DNA of 64,000 bases from contig OX597822.1 in NCBI GenBank assembly GCA_951406725.2, forward strand, positions 19,964,001-20,028,000, read 5' to 3'. The stretch is from Octopus vulgaris. Lineage: Eukaryota. The translations under genes and the position numbers were made by a program. The notes beneath the pieces are model-generated. The model was not told the origin of the DNA and searched no databases. It was given only the letters and a program-made list of their open reading frames with translations. Positions within the stretch are counted from its first letter, which is position 1, and every line of letters begins with the position of its first letter. Positions 57,848 through 64,000 of this stretch are shown piece by piece.

Positions 57848-58421
57848 TGTATGTATGTATGTATGTATGTATGTATGTATGTATGTATGTATGTATATAC
57901 ATGTATATATGCCTGTATATATACTCATGTGTATATGTAAAACATACGCTGAAGCTTCACCTGTAGTTGCAGCACAAGTGGTTGTTAGAACTACCACATA
58001 TGCTACAACACATGTACTGAAGATAGATAATCGCTAACCGTGAGAGATGTGATAAACAATTTAAACATTCATAGCTGCAATAGATGCGAAATTAAATCAA
58101 TTTCTGCAGATGTAAGAGAATAGAGAATTCAATTATAAACTACAACTTTCTGCTAAAGTAAGCATACTACTCACGGTGCTCTTCAAAAATGTACAATACT
58201 AACACATATCGAGGAATTTAGGACTGAAGTGTGAAAAACGTGTTAAATATACATTGTTTAAAATAGGAAGAAATATGGAACATCTCTTCATTATATCAGT
58301 GATTGGCTCCGGGAAGGATGCGATGTTTTTGTTGATTTGCTTATTGGGGTATACTAATGTGTGTTAATGTATGTTTGTATGTATGTATGTATGTATGTAT
58401 GTATGTATGTATGTATGTATG

Positions 58422-58454
<33 letters not shown>

Positions 58455-58514
58455 GTGTGCATACGTACGTATTTATGTATGTAGGTACGCATGTAATCAT
58501 GTATTTAGGGGGTG

Positions 58515-58568
<54 letters not shown>

Positions 58569-58898
58569 GCTGTCTATCTGTCTGTATGCATGTACGTGTA
58601 TATATGTTATACTGTTATAGACACACACACACACATATATATATATATACATATATATGCATAAGCATATACATATATATGTATTTATAGATATATATGT
58701 ATCTGTATATTTATATGTATATATGTATATATACTAAAGGCGGTGCTCCAGCATGGCCACAGTCAAATGACTGAAACAAGTAAAAGAGTAAAAGAGTATA
58801 TATATTAAATTAATTAAGGGTAGAAATTGATATTAGTCAATTAAAACCAGTGGTCTAGCATATTAAAAAGAATCCGAAGATTAAAATATTTATATATA

Positions 58899-59115
58899 CC
58901 AATTAAGGACTGAAACGAAAAGTGGACAGTCAACATGCTAGATATAGACGTCAAATCGCCATTCTCCACAAAGATTATGTTCTCAAATAAAACTCAGCAC
59001 AAAACCTGAGTTTTGTGCTGAGTTTTATTTGAGAACATAATCTTTGTGGAGAATGGCGATTTGACGTCTATATCTAGCATGTTGACTGTCCACTTTTCGT
59101 GTTCAGTCCTTAATT

Positions 59116-59117
<2 letters not shown>
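58899..59117. repeat. Near-perfect long palindrome (107/108-bp arms, 4-nt loop)
   Basis: 58899-59005 versus 59010-59117, one indel; (TA)n on both sides. Confidence 0.95.
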
Positions 59118-59178
<61 letters not shown>

Positions 59179-59741
59179 AGATCTATACACATATATCTAA
59201 ATTTACATATACATATATATACATATATATATACATACATAATACACACATACATATATATATTTATAAATATAAATATATATATATATTCACATATATA
59301 TATATATAAATATATATGTATATTCCTTGTATCTCTCTCTCTCTATATATATATATATAAATGTATGCATATGCACTGTGTTGTCTAATGGTTAAGGCGA
59401 ACGGCTTGCAACTGCGCGGTTTCATCTCACATCATGGCATTTCTAACATCCGGTCGATTCATGCCTTATGAGTGAAATTGTGTTGACAGAAAATAACTAG
59501 AACCCCGACGAGAGAATTCTCGTCAGTAATTCAAACATTCAAACATTCAAAGGAAGATCATCTTGCATGAGGTCGAATCTGCCTGGGAATTATTTAAAGG
59601 TACAAATAGCTGTGGAATACCCAGCCACTTATATGCAGTTAGTTAAGTAGATGATGGAATAATCAATTGAAACTTCATCGTCGAAACTGACTGTGATCCA
59701 TCCATCCATCCATCCATCCATCTGTACACACACACACAGAG

Positions 59742-59800
<59 letters not shown>

Positions 59801-59811
59801 CATTCGTCGAG

Positions 59812-59885
59812 GAAGCGGAGGCCTACCACACGCCGATGATAGGCAATACACCTTGAAACCATGGTCCGTGTGTGGTTTCCGCTTC
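59812..59885 (+). ncRNA. Type I hammerhead ribozyme fold, unit 1
   Basis: Helix I CACACG/CGTGTG extended by GAAGCGGA/TCCGCTTC; core CCGATGA (59833-59839); helix II AGG-CAATACA-CCT; GAAA; helix III ACCATGGT; GUC site at 59864-59866. Confidence 0.75.
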
Positions 59886-60171
59886 ATCGGGGAATTACCT
59901 CCCTTTGCAGGTTAAGGGCACCGTGACGGTGTCGAGCCTTTCTGGTGACGTCGATGTTCGCCTGGGGCTAAATGCAACAGTAACACCCCCACCACCCTGC
60001 CCTGTCCCTAGCCATATTCAGATGGCTTTAGTCCCTTATGTTATCGAGCAGTTACTGTCTATATCCCTTTTAGAGAATTATTATTGCTTTCGAACAGATT
60101 TTCGAAATCAGCAAATGTATTTTGCTTGAAAATCTATATAAGAAAATCCTGCAGAATGAGAATTCGTCGAG

Positions 60172-60245
60172 GAAGCGGAGGCCTACCACACGCCGATGAT
60201 AGGCAATACACCTTGAAACCATGGTCCTTGTGTGGTTTCCGCTTC
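60172..60245 (+). ncRNA. Type I hammerhead ribozyme fold, unit 2
   Basis: As unit 1, with G>T at 60228 weakening helix I. Confidence 0.65.
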
Positions 60246-60531
60246 ATCGGGGAATTACCTCCCTTTGCAGGTTAAGGGCACCGTGACGGTGTCGAGCCTT
60301 TCTGGTGACGTCGATGTTCGCCTGGGGCTAAATGCAACAGTAACACCCCCACCACCCTGCCCTGTCCCTAGCCATATTCAGATGGCTTTAGTCCCTTATG
60401 TTATCGAGCAGTTACTGTCTATATCCCTTTTAGAGAATTATTATTGCTTTCGAACAGATTTTCGAAATCAGCAAATGTATTTTGCTTGAAAATCTATATA
60501 AGAAAATCCTGCAGAGTGAGAATTCGTCGAG

Positions 60532-60605
60532 GAAGCGGAGGCCTACCACACGCCGATGATAGGCAATACACCTTGAAACCATGGTCCGTGTGTGGTTTCC
60601 GCTTC
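60532..60605 (+). ncRNA. Type I hammerhead ribozyme fold, unit 3
   Basis: Identical to unit 1. Confidence 0.75.
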
Positions 60606-60976
60606 ATCGGGGAATTACCTCCCTTTGCAGGTTAAGGGCACCGTGACGGTGTCGAGCCTTTCTGGTGACGTCGATGTTCGCCTGGGGCTAAATGCAACAG
60701 TAACACCCCCACCACCCTGCCCTGTCCCTAGCCATATTCAGATGGCTTTAGTCCCTTATGTTATATACATATATATATATATATATATATACACGCAAAC
60801 ATGTGTATGTGTGTATGTTTATATGTGCGCTTGTATGCATGCGTGTATGTAAGTATTCATGTATGTGAGGATTTACGCAGTGAGTGTTTATTCGTACTTG
60901 CATATTTGCGTGGATATTTGTATGTACACACAGGCAAACAGCTACACGCACGAATACACGCATAGCCATGATAAAT

Positions 60977-61014
<38 letters not shown>

Positions 61015-61240
61015 ACAGAAATACATACACACAGAAATACATACACACACGCACACACGCCATACGACGCATATACGGCATGTAAATGTTTACATATACG
61101 ATTGCATTTGTACGGTTAAATTTGTGTGTTTTCACACACTTAAATGCTGAAGACTTAATATTTGCAAATGTGCATGTATGCTTACAGGTGTGCGTGAGCG
61201 TCTATACATATGTGTATGGGCATGCGTGCATGCATGTATG

Positions 61241-61293
<53 letters not shown>

Positions 61294-61464
61294 GAGCATT
61301 AAAACAACAAACTATTCATTATTCGCACATCTCTAATTAGGTAAAATGAATAATTTGTCCCTTGTATCTTGAAGCTTAATAATTATAAACTTATTTTTAG
61401 TTTATTTTTTTTATAATGTATGCATGCATATATGTTTGTATCTACCTACATGCATATATGAAAC

Positions 61465-61517
<53 letters not shown>

Positions 61518-61823
61518 TACACACAGACACATACATGTATATATATGTGTGTGTGTGTGTATGTGTGTGTGTGTGCATGTATTTATATATTAAAATATAT
61601 ATGAATGAATATAGCACATATAAGGAACAAACATCATACACAACAATTCCCACAAGCACACATGACATTTATGTATACTCACATATACATACAAATGTAT
61701 GTATGTATGTATGTATATATGCATGTATGTATATGTATGTATATTTATATATATATATATATGTATGTATATATGCATGTATGTATATGTATATATATTT
61801 ATATATATATATGTGTGTATGTA

Positions 61824-61886
<63 letters not shown>

Positions 61887-62569
61887 AAATTTATATGTAT
61901 ATAAAGGTATGTGTATATGTACATACAGATTGATATATGTATATTTATATATGTACATTTTATTTATGGCAATACATATACATATTATATGTATATTTAT
62001 GCGTATATATATATATGCATATTATATATGTATGCCTATCCATATATACAGAGAGAGATAAATATTGATGTATATACATATATTTATACACACGCTCTAT
62101 GCTATATGTGTGCCAATGTGTTTGATAAAAATATACGGAAATACGGGCATAGAGAAGCGAATGAGCATACATTTATTTGCATATCTAGTGGTTATATATG
62201 CACTCATATCAAAACGCATGGATACATATTTACATAAATCTACATATATTTATGTATTTCAATTTACATTACCTTAAACACAGTTACACACATACGTCAT
62301 CGCGGAATGCGCATATGCAGATTATAGTTGAAGATACATAAGTTCTCTGAGTGTTTTGAGGGTTTTGTTTTTATTAAGGTGATACCCTCACTGAAATGAT
62401 CCTGTTTTTTTTTGTATATTAAGGAGACATTCTCACTGAAATGATCCTGCAATGCTGCCGAGAGAGAACAGCTTAGTCCTTGGCTCACTCTTCTGATCCG
62501 CAACCACTTTCAAGCAACTCGGTAGTCAACTTGACAGCCTTACATCATTGATTAACAAGGTTTAATAAT

Positions 62570-62770
62570 ACTTACATTATGTAGATTACAAGTACAGATT
62601 TATACCTGTAATTATTGGGGTACTTGGATGTGTAACGCACTGCCTAAGTTCCAATCTTGAAAAATTAGGCTTCTCAAAAAAGAGAGGAGAAAGCTGATTC
62701 GTTCGAAGATTAGACATCTAAGCCATCACTGGAACTGTAAATATCTTTAAAAATTTTACAGAAGTCTATC
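62570..62770 (+). mobile_element. RLE-type non-LTR retrotransposon C-terminal relic
   Basis: YKYRFIPVIIGVLGCVTHCLSSNLEKLGFSKK...AITGTVNIFKNF. Confidence 0.6.
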
Positions 62771-62970
62771 ATGTAAAACAAAATATACAAATCTGCTCAT
62801 GCACGGATTCCAAATACTGCACATATACACAGACACATGCAAAAGTTCGCTGTTGATGTTGTTGAAATTCCAATGAAGGAGCCTGGGATCTAGCTTCAAG
62901 AACCAGCTCTTTCACTATTTGCAAGAAATCTTGAAATAAAACTGAATAATGACATACATACGTACATATA

Positions 62971-64000
62971 TCTCTCTATATATAAAACTGAGAATGTGTG
63001 TCTGTCTGTCTGTCTGTCTGTTTCCCTAAAACTTGAGAACTGCACAACCAATTTCATTCAAATTTTACACATGCCTAGTTTCATGGGCAAAAAAAAATGT
63101 TCAACTTCTTGCCTAGAGCGAGCCCATAGCAATATCATATCTTCTCCACTATTTCAGTATTACATGTTAAAAGTAAAACAAAAACATTTCTCTATTTTAT
63201 ATCAGATGCTTTCACTTTAACAATAAAAATAATAATAACAATTGAATTATATGTAGTAAGTAATAATTAAAATCAAACTAAAGTATAATATAATAGTAAC
63301 ATAACAAAAGTAAAAATAGCAATTGGTATAAAATTGCATCAATAACTTGAACTTGAATAAGTGGTTTCACATGAATGGGAATAAATTAAAAATAAAATTA
63401 GCGTGCAGAAATGGAATAGACCAGATGGAGGTGTGCAATACCCTTTACCACGACTTTTACATTAGATTATCTGCTAATTAGCTAACATTAAGTATCTATA
63501 TGAAGTTTGGCTGTATGTAATATCTGTTTTCTCGAAGAGCCGCTCCTGTTTGTTTTATTTCTTATACATAAAGGACTTCAACTGCTTACTGCTTTCTGAC
63601 TCATCGTAAGGTTTGTTGTTATTATAACTGTTTAACTATTGTTATCACGTTTGTTGGTTCCTCGTAAAGGAAACATTGTTGTGTTGCATTTGTTAAATAA
63701 TTGTAAACTGTAACCCTCCCCCTTTGGGAGAAGGAGCTTTGGTTATTGTTTAAAAATTGAATTGTGTCCCTGTTTGGGGAAATTGACAATATTTTCACCG
63801 TTTACACGGAAGCATTTTCGTTAGAATGCCTTCAATAGAAGAAAGTCCAAAAATGAATTTCGCTGCAGCCGTCGGCGGGCGCGAACTCATTGAAATTAAA
63901 ATGGAAGAAATACGGATTGATCATCGACAAAGACGGTGAATCTAGGATAACACCAATAAACGAAATAAAAAATTAAAGAAAAAAAAAGACTATTGTCTAT
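62971..64000 (+). mobile_element. Probable Helitron 5' portion
   Basis: Starts A^TCTCTCTATATATAAA followed by (TGTC)n, like the 23948 Helitron; 3' end not in the window. Confidence 0.5.

Larger units (their letters stand above)
59802..60764 (+). mobile_element. 360-bp tandem repeat (about 2.7 units) carrying hammerhead folds: candidate retrozyme
   Basis: Exact 360-bp period; I see only two differences among units (60228, and 60156 vs 60516); flanked by (TA)n. Confidence 0.85.

Noticed and set aside
59802-60764. 360-bp array as a CRISPR array or repeated protein-coding gene
   Set aside because: Whole units are identical with no unique spacers, the context is eukaryotic, and the ORFs have no motifs.

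Overview
AT-rich, microsatellite-saturated animal DNA with no recognisable host exon. The SINE and repeat families suggest a cephalopod (Octopus-like) genome; this is recalled, not searched. 1-9.0 kb holds two head-to-tail, diverged, disabled Tx1/L1-clade LINEs (ORF1 with CCHC knuckle; ORF2 with APE, RT and CCHC). The rest is a graveyard of mobile elements: Penelope-like (PLE) RT and GIY-YIG relics, Tc1/mariner relics, a complete-ended hAT element with TIRs and an 8-bp TSD, Helitron ends, CR1/RTE/HERO/R4-type LINE tails and many tRNA-derived SINEs. The most notable signal is a near-perfect 2.7-copy tandem of a highly structured 360-bp unit (59802-60764). Each unit carries a type I hammerhead ribozyme fold with a palindromic helix III, making it a candidate retrozyme/circular-RNA retroelement. 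Several more hammerhead-like motifs and several long fold-back palindromes are scattered through the window, mostly next to (TA)n tracts. Most short ORFs in the track are microsatellite translations. All alignments and folds were done by eye.
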